Assembly (NCBI GenBank): GCA_010909165.1
Contig: VJWM01000025.1
Location: 2,418,001 to 2,482,000 of the forward strand
Direction of reading: 5' to 3'
Length of the DNA: 64,000 nucleotides
DNA from: Anthoceros angustus
Taxonomy: Eukaryota; Plantae; Anthocerotophyta
Positions within the stretch are counted from its first letter, which is position 1. The number at the start of each line of letters is the position of its first letter. Both the position numbers and the translations under genes were made by a program. Below the pieces are notes generated by a model. It was not told the DNA's origin. It was given only the letters and a program-made list of their open reading frames with translations, and did no database searches. Of this stretch, positions 49,839 through 63,061 are shown in pieces.

Positions 49839-52800
49839 TCATTTCAGAACGTTTCCGACATTGGGTGGTCCCGGAAGTCCCGGGTGTTGGAGTTGGGGAG
49901 GAGGGCCGGGGCCGACTCCCACGCTGGGCTTGGGTCCATACGGGGGAACATTGGCGGAATGGCCACCGGGCTTGAATGAGAAAACCTGGGTGGGCCTTGG
50001 AATGCCCGAAGTACCTGGGACGGCGGTTGCTAATCCAGGGGTGGCTGACAGGGTGGAGGATGGTGGTACAGTCAGGCCTGCCGGTTTCGACAGGGGGAAG
50101 AGGCTGGAGATGGATGTTGATTGCGGCTGGCTGGGAGGGTTCAGCCTTGAGGTTATTAGTCTTTGCCGCTCCGCAATGTACTTCTGCCGGGAACGGTCCA
50201 CTTGCTCGCATTCCTTGGCGAGCATCACCTCCAGCTCGCTGAAGTGTTTCAACTTTATTTCCAGTTTCCTAAGCTGCATACACCACTCCCACTGTGTCAG
50301 TTGTGGGCCGCCCCAGAAACGCTGCAGTTGCGCACGAACTCCACTGTTACCAGCTTTTTCAACGTTTATTTACGCACCTGATTTTCGATCACGATGCCCA
50401 CGAGGTGCTGGATCTCCCGCTCCTCCTGGTCTGCTAAAAGCTTGGATTTTACTGCAGCGGCGGCCAGAGCAGAAGCTGCTGCTCGTTTCACACTCACCAC
50501 AGATACAACATCTTCATTCTCCACTACAGCGGCAGAGTCATCTTCTCCATCCGCTTGATCTTCCTCCCGCTTTGCTGCGAGAATACAAAGATAATTAACC
50601 TCAGCCATGGAATCTAAGAGGAGGCGCCCGTCGGTGAATCTCGTCAGGCATTGTACCTGCATCCTCTTCTGGCTCCTGAGAATCCACGTTTTTTGATGAT
50701 CCCCCAACCTCCTTTCCAGATTCAACCACCATGTCTGAAGCACGATCTTTGGATTCTAGCGTCACGTCCTGCTGGGATGCTTCTTTCAAGGCTTCAACAT
50801 GAGGATCATTATCTGCAGCCGACTGGGATGTCCCCTCCTTATCAGCTGACTCTACTCCTGCTCCTTTGGTTGCTTTAGGGTCGGTCAATCTGACAAGCAT
50901 AAGACAACAAGTGTGACGCTTCTTGCAAATAGTAGGAAAAGCTCACAGCAGCTAATGTCACAACAAGGACTAGGGCACACCTTGCGGGATCGGGGCCAGG
51001 CTTTGACCAATCAAAGTCTGGCGGATCCATGACAAAGCAATTCCTTCCTGCAAGACTGTGAGCAGGGTTCTTGCCTGACAGCACCATGAGAGCAGACTGC
51101 GCAGCTGCAGCAGCCACCCGGGGGCCGACCATAGCTGCAAGGAATGCCACCTGACCACACAAAGATAAAAATCATAAGAGGCTGGTTCAGCTGGAAAACT
51201 AGTCCTAAAACAAATACCGAGTCCTCAAACTGCACAACACCATGAGTATCGGATCGAACCTGTGTCATTACGGGATTTCCAGCATCTGCAAAGGCAATGA
51301 CATCTTCAGCTTTAGATTCTGCATTACTCGCAGGCCTCCCAGTCCTAGAACTCCCAGACTCTTTGGATCTTTGTCCATTGTCCGTCAGAGCAGAACCCTC
51401 TGTGTCTTTCCTTGATGCACTTGCAGGAGTACTTGCACAATCTGCTGCTGTGTCCTTGTCAGTCAATAGCTTTGCGGCTCTGGAGTCAGATGACAACCTA
51501 GGAGCAGGAGGAGCTGATGTCACATATCCCGCAGTCTCCATGTCTTCAAGAAAAGGGTCCTCAATAGGTAGCCGTATAAAGTGCAGGATACACTGAGACT
51601 TTGACTTCGTTGCCACATGCTCTGCTATTTCGCTCCAGTTGTCGCCAAAAAGCTCCAAAGCCTCCAGTAACAGGAGGGTTTCTTGATCTGTCCAACCACC
51701 ACCATCGGAATCTGCCGTATCAGTCAGCGCGTCCATTCTGATGAAATCTGTCGATGTCATCCCCTCACCGAACTTGCCATCATTATAGCAATCAGGGCAT
51801 AGGTCGAAATCTGCCTGTCGCATCCCACAAACAGGTTATGCGAGCACCGATACACATGTGAGACACTCACAACGGAAACAAGAAACAGCTCACGTGACAA
51901 GCAAACAACAGTACCTGCTTCTGGCAGTGGTAACGATGCTTCGAGCAATCAGCCGCACATGCATTACAATGATATTCTACTGAAGGTCCGTCTGAGAAGG
52001 ACAGAGCTTCAGTAGCCTTGGTCTCCAACAACGAAGCACCAGACTCTTTGCGTTCCTGAGATGGTGCGGCCTTTGACACAGGGGCACCTACTGAATCGAA
52101 TGTATACAAGCTCTGGAGTGGAGGCTCTGCAAGGGTTGTTGCCTGTAACTTCCTATCCGGAGCTTCGTCAATGAGAGCTGCCTGCCCCAACCAATCTGGC
52201 AAATGTTTCTTCGGATCCAGGGCAGCCTGATAGTTGATAATTCCCCAATGATCCAGGAACTCCAGAATTCTAGCAGCAGCATTCCCATCACCAACAAGCA
52301 CATCCTTCATATCATCAATTGTGATAACCTTCGGGAGGTTCTCCCTATATTTACAAATAATAGCATTCCGGTGCTCCAGGTAAATCTCTGGAGTCTTCAG
52401 TTTAGACTTTCCGTCGAAAAATTCTGGCATCCCTCGCCGCTCCAGAACATTTATGCTGTTCCATGAAAACCAACCTGCAGCGTAGAATTGAGAATACAGG
52501 GAAATCAAGGCAAGGACACAACACACTCGAACTTTAGCTCAATAAGGCACTTGAAGGAAGGGCAACTCTACTTCATCAAAAGTGTTACCTGCATGGCAAG
52601 GAATAATGTGGATCTTATCAGCTGGTGTTTCCGCTGACGACACTTTCGGCCGAGGAGACGACAGGGACACTGCTACCTCAGACTGCTCCGGACGTGCTCC
52701 GCCAGGTAGATCGGACGGGACCAGCTGGCCGTGAGACAAGTTCTCTAAGCTGGAAATAGTACCCTTGCTCTCCAGCTCCCGCTCTTCACCCGTTTCCACG

Positions 52801-53015
52801 GCACGCTCGGCCTGCACCACAGCCAGCACCGAGGAATGCGGCAGCCCCAGATGTTGCTTGATCACCCGAGGCTCCTGTGCCACCACTTCTGCCCGATCCG
52901 GGAAAACCTCCAAAGGCTCACCATTGGCCCCCATAGGAGGTGGGGTCTCCTCCCTGTTGAGCTTTTTGCTGGGTGGCTCTTCTGGAAGCGGGGAGGCCCG
53001 CTTCCGCTTCGACAT
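49839..53015 (-). CDS. SWI3D: SWI/SNF complex subunit SWI3 (SWI3D-like: SWIRM, ZZ zinc finger, SANT, SWIRM-associated/coiled-coil), multi-exon
   Basis: SWIRM: HIIPCHA|GWFSW…PEFFDGKS…[13 protein letters not shown] finger: [11 protein letters not shown]…CPDCY. SANT: [40 protein letters not shown]-terminal: [15 protein letters not shown] and KLEIKLKHF. Confidence 0.9.
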
Positions 53016-53598
53016 TCCATGCTCATCTGGAACACACCTGCTGCATCTGCAACGCCGTCCTAGCAAACACTGCACTGGCCAGCCTTGAATTTCCACAGTT
53101 ACTCCTGCCACCTGACTGGCACACACTTGACTTCACAACCATCGCCAGAGCTCGGCATCCGAAACCTAGAGTCCTAGAACGAGTGCGGCCTTACGTACTG
53201 TTATTATTTGCGAGCATGTGACAAACGATTAAAGACCGATGCCAAATTCCGAGATCGAAGTGGAGCAATACATACGTAGACTACCTACATGACCTAGGTG
53301 CTTCGATTCTTTGACCGATCATGTCTCACTGCACGAAATGCATGAAATGTGGAAATGGTTTGGATATTAAATTGGTCTTCGTGTTGTTTTTTTAATCTTC
53401 AAAAGAAATAGGAACATCTAATACCAAGATGTGACTCCTAATGTAAGTCATTTATACTTAGTCCTAATATAGTACTTACTAGTTCTTTTATCTTGATGTC
53501 TATTACATACTGTCAAATAAAATATAAGGTATGTTTGATTTTCCTTGTTTGACGAACTCGATCCTAGGTAACAAGAAGGTGTCTACAAACAAATCTCG

Positions 53599-55486
53599 AC
53601 CACCACCATCGGAATCTGCCGTATCAGTCAGCGTCCATTCTGATGAAATCTGTCGATGTCATCCCTCACCGAACTTGCCATCATTATAGCAATCAGGGCA
53701 TAGGTCGAAATCTGCCTGTCGATCCCACAAACAGGTTATGCGAGCACGATACATGTGAGACACTCACAACGGAAACAAGAAACAGCTCACGTGACAAGCA
53801 AACAACAGTACCTGCTTCTGGCAGTGGTAACGATGCTTGAGCAATCAGCCGCACATGCATTACAATGATATTCTACTGAAGGTCCGTCTGAGAAGGACAG
53901 AGCTTCAGTAGCCTTGGTCTCCAACAACGAAGCACCAGACTCTGCGTTCCTGAGATGGTGCGGCCTTTGACACAGGGCACCTACTGAATCGAATGTATAC
54001 AAGCTCTGGGTGGAGGCTCTGCAAGGGTTGTTGCCTGTAACTTCCTATCCGGAGCTTCGTCAATGAGAGCTGCCTGCCCCAACCAATCTGGCAAATGTTT
54101 CTTCGGATCCAGGGCAGCCTGATAGTTGATAATTCCCCAATGATCCAGGAACTCCAGAATTCTAGCAGCAGCATTCCCATCACCAACAAGCACATCCTTC
54201 ATATCATCAATTGTGATAACCTTCGGGAGGTTCTCCCTATATTTACAAATAATAGCATTCCGGTGCTCCAGGTAAATCTCTGGAGTCTTCAGTTTAGACT
54301 TTCCGTCGAAAAATTCTGGCATCCCTCGCCGCTCCAGAACATTTATGCTGTTCCATGAAAACCAACCTGCAGCGTAGAATTGAGAATACAGGAAATCAAG
54401 GCAAGGACACAACACACTCGAACTTTAGCTCAATAAGGCACTTGAAGGAAGGGCAACTCTACTTCATCAAAGTGTTACCTGCATGGCAAGGAATAATGTG
54501 GATCTTATCAGCTGGTGTTTCCATGACGACACCTCGGCCGAGGAGACAGGACACTGCCTCAGACTGCTCCGGACGTGCTCCGCCAGGTAGATCGGACGGG
54601 ACCAGCTGGCCGTGAGACAAGTTCTCTAAGCTGGAAATAGTACTTGCTCTCAGCTCCCGCTCTTCACCCGTTTCCACGGCACGCTCGGCCTGCACCACAG
54701 CCAGCACCGAGGAATGCGGCAGCCCCAGATGTTGCTTGATCACCCGAGGCTCCTGTGCCACCACTTCTGCCCGATCCGGGAAAACCTCCAAAGGCTCACC
54801 ATTGGCCCCCATAGGAGGTGGGGTCTCCTCCCTGTTGAGCTTTTTGCTGGGTGGCTCTTCTGGAAGCGGGGGGGAGGCCCGCTTCCGCTTCGACATTCCC
54901 ATGCTCATCTGGAACACACCTGCTGCATCTGCAACGCCGTCCTAGCAAACACTGCACTGGCCAGCCTTGAATTTCCACAGTTACTCCTGCCACCTGACTG
55001 GCACACACTTGACTTCACAACCATCGCCAGAGCTCGGCATCCGAAACCTAGAGTCCTAGAACGAGTGCGGCCTTACGTACTGTTATTATTTGCGAGCATG
55101 TGACAAACGATTAAAGACCGATGCCAAATTCCGAGATCGAAGTGGAGCAATACATACGTAGACTACCTACATGACCTAGGTGCTTCGATTCTTTGACCGA
55201 TCATGTCTCACTGCACGAAATGCATGAAATGTGGAAATGGTTTGGATATTAAATTGGTCTTCGTGTTGTTTTTTTAATCTTCAAAAGAAATAGGAACATC
55301 TAATACCAAGATGTGACTCCTAATGTAAGTCATTTATACTTAGTCCTAATATAGTACTTACTAGTTCTTTTATCTTGATGTCTATTACATACTGTCAAAT
55401 AAAATATAAGGTATGTTTGATTTTCCTTGTTTGACGAACTCGATCCTAGGTAACAAGAAGGTGTCTACAAACAAATCTCGACCACC
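53599..55486 (-). pseudogene. Tandem duplicate of 51695-53604: SWI3D upstream region plus 5' exons (SWIRM and ZZ), truncated just before the SANT domain
   Basis: ~1.9-kb direct repeat with a 6-bp ACCACC microhomology at the breakpoints (51695-51700, 53599-53604, 55481-55486). Differences between copies are mostly small indels. Confidence 0.88.
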
Positions 55487-55944
55487 CTGTGAAACTACGA
55501 TATCTCGAGGCATTCCTATACATCGATCTAAATATTATATCTAAATATACGAATATTATAACATATATTTTCATATTCATACATCTTAGTATACATCATA
55601 TAGATATTAGTAAGGTCAATAAATGTGTGCCATATTTTTGAGACAGGGGCTTGCTTGAGTATATGCCCCATGACCACCAACCTACCCGGATGCATAAAAT
55701 AATGCACATCCGATGCCATTAAAGCCCAATGCGATAAACACGTCGGGGACTAGTTTGTTAGAACCTCGGCTGGCACCATCACAAAGCATAGTTATCATAA
55801 CTACACTCTGAGCCTTGTACCAGAATGGATTTGGGTTATATATGAGTTGTAACAAGCTTCGAGTCACACTCACATCTCAAACTTACCAGTTGCATATTTC
55901 ATAATTATCTTGATGATATTTCAATTTATTCAGATGACAGCTAG

Positions 55945-56046
55945 TTTTTAGTACCTTATTATTGAAAAAAAAATTAAAATAATGTGGAAGTGATTTTAGT
56001 ACCTTATTATTGAAAAGAAAATTAAAATAATGTGGAAGTGATTTTA
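55945..56046. repeat. Tandem duplication (2 x ~48 bp), AT-rich
   Basis: ttttagtaccttattattgaaaa(a/g)aaaattaaaataatgtggaagtga occurs twice. Confidence 0.85.
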
Positions 56047-56415
56047 CCACGTATAGTTCTCAAAACGTGCTACCAACCCAACAATGTGACACATCGTCAA
56101 TGCATTTAAGAAGCATACATCTCCTTTCAACCATGAACAATTGTGATCAATCCATGCATTAATTGGTAGCAAGCACCTCTTTGAATATTGCCCTCATACT
56201 CATGGGGGACAGACTATGTACATACTCATACTTAGCTCTTATTGGGCGATGGTAGTCTGAAAATTGCAGTTTTGCCCTATCCGGGTCTTTTTTAAGACTA
56301 CATATTTCGACTAGCCTTAGCTACCTACCTAATTGCTTTGTGCACTTAGCTACCTACCTAATTGCTTTGTGCACTTCACCTAATCAATACATACCTATTT
56401 AGTATGTACCAAAGT

Positions 56416-59400
56416 TTATGCCTTCCAATTCTTTTCCACAGGAAGCTGCTTCAGCTTTGCATATATACATTCACTCTGAAGATGCCTGTCGTCCCCAACC
56501 AAAAAACTATGCACCATTCCTTCCATGTCTGTCCACCAGCTCTGGCCTGGCTGCTTCCATGCCCCAATTTCTTTTCTCTTAGCCTGCATCTTTCGTGCGA
56601 GCTCCCACATCTGGGCACCTGCGTATATGTTCGACATCAGCACATATGCAGCGGCATCTTTCCCGTCTAGCTTCATCGCTTCCTCAAATGCATGTCGTCC
56701 AACATCCACGTTGGTCCACTTCGAACAAGCACCCAACAGAGAGTGCCAGACTGCAGCGTCAGCCAGCACTGGCATTGTCCTTACCAGCCCTAGGGCCTCA
56801 TCCAGTTGGCCTGCACGACCCAGGAGATCCACCATGCATGTATAGTGCTCTACAGAGGGAGTAATGCTGTAGCGTCTGCTCATAGCCTCAAAGTATTTTC
56901 TTCCCTTGTTCACTAGACCTGCATGACTGCACGCTGTCAGCACGCTGAGGAATGTGATGCCTTCTGGCTGCATGCCATCCTGTCTCATTTTGTGAAACAA
57001 GTGAAAGACCACGTCACTTTCTCCCTGCCGGGCATAGCCTGCAATCAGTGCGTTCCAGGCAGTCACGTCTCTTTCAGGCAATGCCTCAAATACCTGCTGT
57101 GCATCAACCGTGCTCCCAGACTTGGCATACATGTTTATCAGACTGATAGCTACAAGCACATCAGTTTGAAGGCCTTGTTTTTCTATCTGCAAGTGAAGCT
57201 GCCTCCCCAAATGCAAAGCTGCCACATTTGCACAGGCCTGCAAGAGGCACACAAATGTCACGGAATTGGGTACAACAATGCCTTCTTCTTGCATAGCCCT
57301 GTAGAGGCCAAACGCTTCCTGCCCCATGCCCCGATGGGAATACCCTGCAATCAAGGCGTTCCACATCACGACGTCTTTCTTACCAACACCATAGAATACA
57401 TCATGTGCGTCTTCCAAGCTGCCGCACTTTGCATACATGTTAACCAAACTGCTGGCTACAAACACATCAGCTTGGAGCCCACATTCTCTTATCTGGGCGT
57501 GCAGGTGCGTCCCTTTCTCCAAAGCCGGAATGCCCACACTCGCGCATGCCTGCAGGAGGCACACAAACGTCACAGAATTTGGTGCGACCAAGCCTTCTTC
57601 TTGCATTGCCCTGTGAAGAGAGAGGGCTTCCTGCCCCATTCCCTCCCGAGAATAACCTCCTATCATGGCGTTCCATGTCAGCACACTTTTCCGACTAAGT
57701 CCGTAAAACACGTTCTGGGCATCCTCTAGGCTGCCACAATCTGCGTACATGTTCACAAGACTGCTGGCAACAGCTACATCCGCGTCAAGCCCTCGCTCTC
57801 TAATTTGTGCATGAAATTGCTTCCCCTTCTCCAAAGCTGAGGTGCCCACACTTGCACATGCCTGCAGGAGGCACGCAAATGTCACAGAATCCGGTGCCGT
57901 GATAGCTTCTTCCTCCATAATGCTGTAAATGCGAAGGGCTTCATGGCCCAGGCCCTGCTGGGAATATCCTGCTATCAGAGTGGTCCATGTCAGAACATTC
58001 TTTTGAGCAAGCCCATCAAAAACAAGTTGCGCGTCTGCTAAGCTGCCACAGTTGACATACATGTTTAACAGACTGCAACCTAGAACTTCATCAGCCTGAA
58101 GTCCTCGCTCTCCAATCTGTCTGTGTAGCTCTTTCCCGTGCTCCAGAACTGGTGCGCCCACACAAGCACATGCCTGCAGGAGAGACGCAAATGTCATAGC
58201 ATCGGGTACAGCAAGTCCCTCATCTTTCATAGCACTGTAAACATGAAGGGCTTCCTGACCCATGCCCTGCTGGGAATATCCTGCTATCAGAGCCGTCCAC
58301 GTTACCACATCTTTTCGACCAAGTCCGTCAAACAGTTTCTGAGCATCTTCCAAGCTGCCACACTTTGCATACATGTCTACCAAACTGTTGGCTACAAACA
58401 CATCAGCTTGATGTCCTTGTTCTCTAATTCGGATATGAAGCTGTTTCCCCTCCTCCAGAGCCGGGTTGCCAATACTTGCGCATGCCTGCAGGAGGCACAC
58501 AAATGACAGAGAATCGGGAACCATGCCTTCTAATTGCATAGCCCTGTAAAGATGAAGGGCTTCCTGCCCCATGCCCTGCCTGGCATACCCTGCTATCAAG
58601 GCATTCCATGTCACCACATCTTTTTGACTAAGTCCATCAAAAACTCTTTGAGCTTCTTCCAGACTGCCACGCTTTGCATATCCTGCTATCAGAGTTGTCC
58701 ATGTAGCTATATTTTTACTCGAAAGTCCACCAAAAACGCCCTGAGCATCCTCTAGGCTGCCACACTTTGCATACATGTTTACCAGGCTGCAACCAACAAC
58801 ATCGTTCACCTCAAGGCCCTGTTCTCGAATCTGTGCATGGAACTGTTTTCCTTCTCCAGACCCGGGGTACCCACACTTGCACATGCCTGCAGGAGATGCA
58901 CAAACATGACAGCGTCTGCTACAGCAATGCCGTCTTCTTGCATAGCTGTGTACAGATCTAGCGCTCCTGACCCATGCCCTGCTGGGAGTACCCTGCTATC
59001 AGAGCTGTCCAAGTCACAACATCCTTCTGACCAAGTCCGTTAAACACTCTTTGAGCGTCTTCCAAGCTGCCACATTTTACATACATATTTACCAAATTAT
59101 TGGCTACAAACACGTCAGCTTCTAGTCCACATTCTACAATTTGAGCATGAAGCTGTTTTCCTCCTCCAGAGCCGGGTTGCCAATACTTGCGCATGCCTGC
59201 AGGAGGCACACAAATGACAGAGAATCGGGAACCATGCCTTCTAATTGCATAGCCCTGTAAAGATGAAGGGCTTCCTGCCCCATGCCCTGCCTGGCATACC
59301 CTGCTATCAAGGCATTCCATGTCACCACATCTTTTTGACTAAGTCCATCAAAAACTCTTTGAGCTTCTTCCAGACTGCCACGCTTTGCATATCCTGCTAT

Positions 59401-61749
59401 CAGAGTTGTCCATGTAGCTATATTTTTACTCGAAAGTCCACCAAAAACGCCCTGAGCATCCTCTAGGCTGCCACACTTTGCATACATGTTTACCAGGCTG
59501 CAACCAACAACATCGTTCACCTCAAGGCCCTGTTCTCGAATCTGTGCATGGAACTGTTTCCCCTTCTCCAGACCCGGGGTACCCACACTTGCACATGCCT
59601 GCAGGAGATGCACAAACATGACAGCGTCTGCTAGCAATGCCGTCTTCTTGCATAGCTGTGTACAGATCTAGCGCTCCTGACCCATGCCCTGCTGGGAGTA
59701 CCCTGCTATCAGAGCTGTCCAAGTCACAACATCCTTCTGACCAAGTCCGTTAAACACTCTTTGAGCGTCTTCCAAGCTGCCACATTTTACATACATATTT
59801 ACCAAATTATTGGCTACAAACACGTCAGCTTCTAGTCCACATTCTACAATTTGAGCATGAAGCTGTTTTCCTTCTCCAAAGCTGGGTTGTTAATACTTGC
59901 GCATGCCTGCAGGAGGCACACAAATGACAGAGAATCGGAACCATGCCTTCTAATTGCATAGCCCTGTAAAGATGAAGGGCTTCCTGCCCCATGCCCTGCC
60001 TGGCATACCCTGCTATCAAGGCATTCCATGTCACCACATCTTTTGACTAAGTCCATCAAAAACTCTTTGAGCTTCTTCCAGACTGCCACGCTTTGCATAT
60101 CCTGCTATCAGAGTTGTCCATGTAGCTATATTTTTACTCGAAAGTCCACCAAAAACGCCCTGAGCATCCTCTAGGCTGCCACACTTTGCATACATGTTTA
60201 CCAGGCTGCAACCAACAACATCGTTCACCTCAAGGCCCTGTTCTCGAATCTGTGCATGGAACTGTTTCCCCTTCTCCAGACCCGGGGTACCCACACTTGC
60301 ACATGCCTGCAGGAGATGCACAAACATGACAGCGTCTGCTACAGCAATGCCGTCTTCTTGCATAGCTGTGTACAGATCTAGCGCTCCCTGACCCATGCCC
60401 TGCTGGGAGTACCCTGCTATCAGAGCTGTCCAAGTCACAACATCCTTCTGACCAAGTCCGTTAAACACTCTTTGAGCGTCTTCCAAGCTGCCACATTTTA
60501 CATACATATTTACCAAATTATTGGCTACAAACACGTCAGCTTCTAGTCCACATTCTACAATTTGAGCATGAAGCTGTTTTCCCTTCTCCAAAGCTGGGCT
60601 ACCCACACTTGCACATGCGTGCAGGAGAGACACAAAGGTCAGAGCATTGGGGACAGAAACACTTTCCTCTCGCATAGCTCTGAAAAGATGAAGGGCTTCC
60701 TGACCCATTCCCTGCTGGGAGTATCCTGCTATCAAAGCAGTCCACGTCACCACATCCTTTTGCACAAGTCTGTTGAAGACTTGACGAGCACCTTCCAAGC
60801 TTCCACACTTTGCATACATGTTCACCAAACTGTTGGCTACACACATGTCAGCTTCAAGTCCTTGTTCTCTAATTTGTTCATGGAGCCGTTTCCCCTTCTC
60901 CAAACTCGGGGCACCCACATTTGCACATGCCTGCAGGAGGCACACAAATGTCACAGAATCGGGTGCAGTGTTCCCTTCTTGTTGCATAATACCATAAAGA
61001 TGAAGAGCTTCCTGTTCCATGCCCTGCTGGGCATACCCTGCTATCATGGCATTCCACGTGACCACGTCTTTATGTACAAGGGCGTCAAATACTTTGTGTG
61101 CGTCCGCCAAGCTGCAACACTTCGCATACATGTCCACCAAGCAATTGCTGACAAATAAGTGAGGCTCAACGCCACTGGCCAACACAGCAGCATGCACCTG
61201 CTGCCCAGTTTCCAAGTCTGCTGCCCTTGCACAAGCCTGTAGAGCTGCTACGAAGACATGGCCATCTGGCTTCACACTTGAGCTGCGCATCCGATGATAC
61301 AGTTGTATGGCCTGCTTAGCTTGCCCGTGCTTAACATGTGCAGAAATTATGGAAGACCACATGAAGGCATCTGGTTTGGCAACCATGGTGAACACATCCA
61401 TCGCTTCGTCCAACCTGCCATGAGAACCATACATTCGCACAACATGGTTGCACAAGAACGTATCCGATTCATATCCCGTTTCCACAGTCAGAGCATGCAC
61501 ACGCCGACCCAGCTCCAGATCTTTGTTAACCCCACACATCTTGAGCACCGCATAGAACAGAGATTGCGAGACACGACAGTCTGTCTGCACCAAAATTCCC
61601 GTCGCTTCAACGGCCTCATTGAGCTGCCCTTGCTGGCAAAGCTTTCTCACTGTTTCAGCTGTCACGCTCCAGCCAGACGTAGCGGCACGGCGGCCCATGT
61701 GAAGTGCGACCCGCCTAGCCGCCATCATCATCATCATCAGCACAAGCAT
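56416..61749 (-). CDS. Very long PLS-class PPR protein with E1/E2/E+ extension and no DYW domain (RNA-editing specificity factor); ~1,780 codons if internal frameshifts are errors
   Basis: Continuous P-L-S(-SS) motifs run from ORF 60031-61749 to ORF 56416-58884. The C-terminus has VEHYTCMVDLLGRAG, AAAYVLMSNIYA and the PG box KQPGQSWW…HSFLVGD, then a stop. No introns are apparent. Confidence 0.88.
58435..60567. repeat. Internal tandem triplication (3 x ~711 bp; ~238 aa, 7 PPR motifs per unit) within the PPR gene
   Basis: Near-identical units at 58435-59146, 59147-59856 and 59857-60567. Confidence 0.92.
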
Positions 61750-63061
61750 ATGCTAATCCCATGGAAACCAGCCTGCACCTAGAATCCAGCTTGGCTTGCG
61801 CAATCGCAACCACACCAAGCTTCTTACACTCTCTCCGACGACCCCCGAGAGATTGCACACCATAAACCCAGCAACTTCTTGAGCTCCCAGGACAACCCAG
61901 GTTGGCAGCTCTAGGGGTGTCCCCACAGGACACGAGCAGCTCCATGCCCATGAAGCTCCGGGGCAATGCCTCCACGTATTGGATGCCCCCTGGCAAGGGA
62001 GCAAAACTTCAGCCCACCAATTTCTCTCCCCTCGTTCCTTATGTGAAGGGGTTGAATTGTTTGCCACACAGGACGCTAAAGTGAAGACCCCAGACGAGGC
62101 TGTTGCTGCCAAGTGCTTAGAGTCTGGATTCTCTACCCTCTTCACTAGCCCTTATGGAGCCAGGCGAGACATGCTGGGAAATCGGCCTGGCCTGTTTGAA
62201 GCATGAATTTTCTACTTGGGGTCAGGAGGTAACAGGAGTTTGGACCGGCACGGCTCAGCATGACTTGGTGGCCTTCCTCAGGGCTCAAGTTGGCCAACCG
62301 GTTACCTGCAAGTGTGCAGGAACTTGCAGGAGGCTTAGTCAGCGTCCAACCAATCCAGGACCATGGTGAAGGTCCTCACACGCGACCCTTGAACACCTTC
62401 TGTATTCAGATGGACTGCGATGTGCCTTGTGGTTTGTATGGGGTGCTTGTCACACTACCGCTAGACGCACAACAGAAACGTGAAGCTGTAAAGGGTAGAA
62501 GAACAGATAATGCATGGAACCATACAAAAGGCAAAGAAAGGAGGTCCAGAACTCCTGCTCCTGCAGCTTCCTGCCTTATCCACACTCTAAGGCGTGCAAC
62601 GTAAAATGAACCTCGTTCGGGCAGCATTTGTGGTCAAAAAACCCCCGCGGCTGTTGTGGCGTCGTGGGTCGTGAAAACGGGCGTTTCCAGCAATCCGTCG
62701 GCGCCACGTCCACTCCACTGTAATATCGGCTCAAAGGCGGGTCCTGGCCGGTCCAGGACCGGGAACACCAGCGACAAGCTGAACATAGCCTGCTCACAAC
62801 ACGCCTGCGCCTGGCCAAGCATTCCTTGATTCTCATCCATGTGCCCACGTCTCAGGGTAGTAGCAGGTACCAGGAATCCCGCGCCAAATGGAGCTGCGTT
62901 TCAATTACACTGTGCCAATCGATCCAGGCGCATTCCGCTGTAGCAGCAGCAGCGGCAACAGCAGATTCTACCCACAACCCACAACCCAACCACGCAGATG
63001 CCTGAACCAGCAGCAGCGGAGCTCCTCGTTTCCCACAATCCTGTGAGGCTTGTCGGGAATA

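Noticed and set aside
61753-63000. Short ORFs between the PPR gene and KEA3
   Set aside because: No recognisable domain or consistent exon chain. This may be UTR or promoter sequence.
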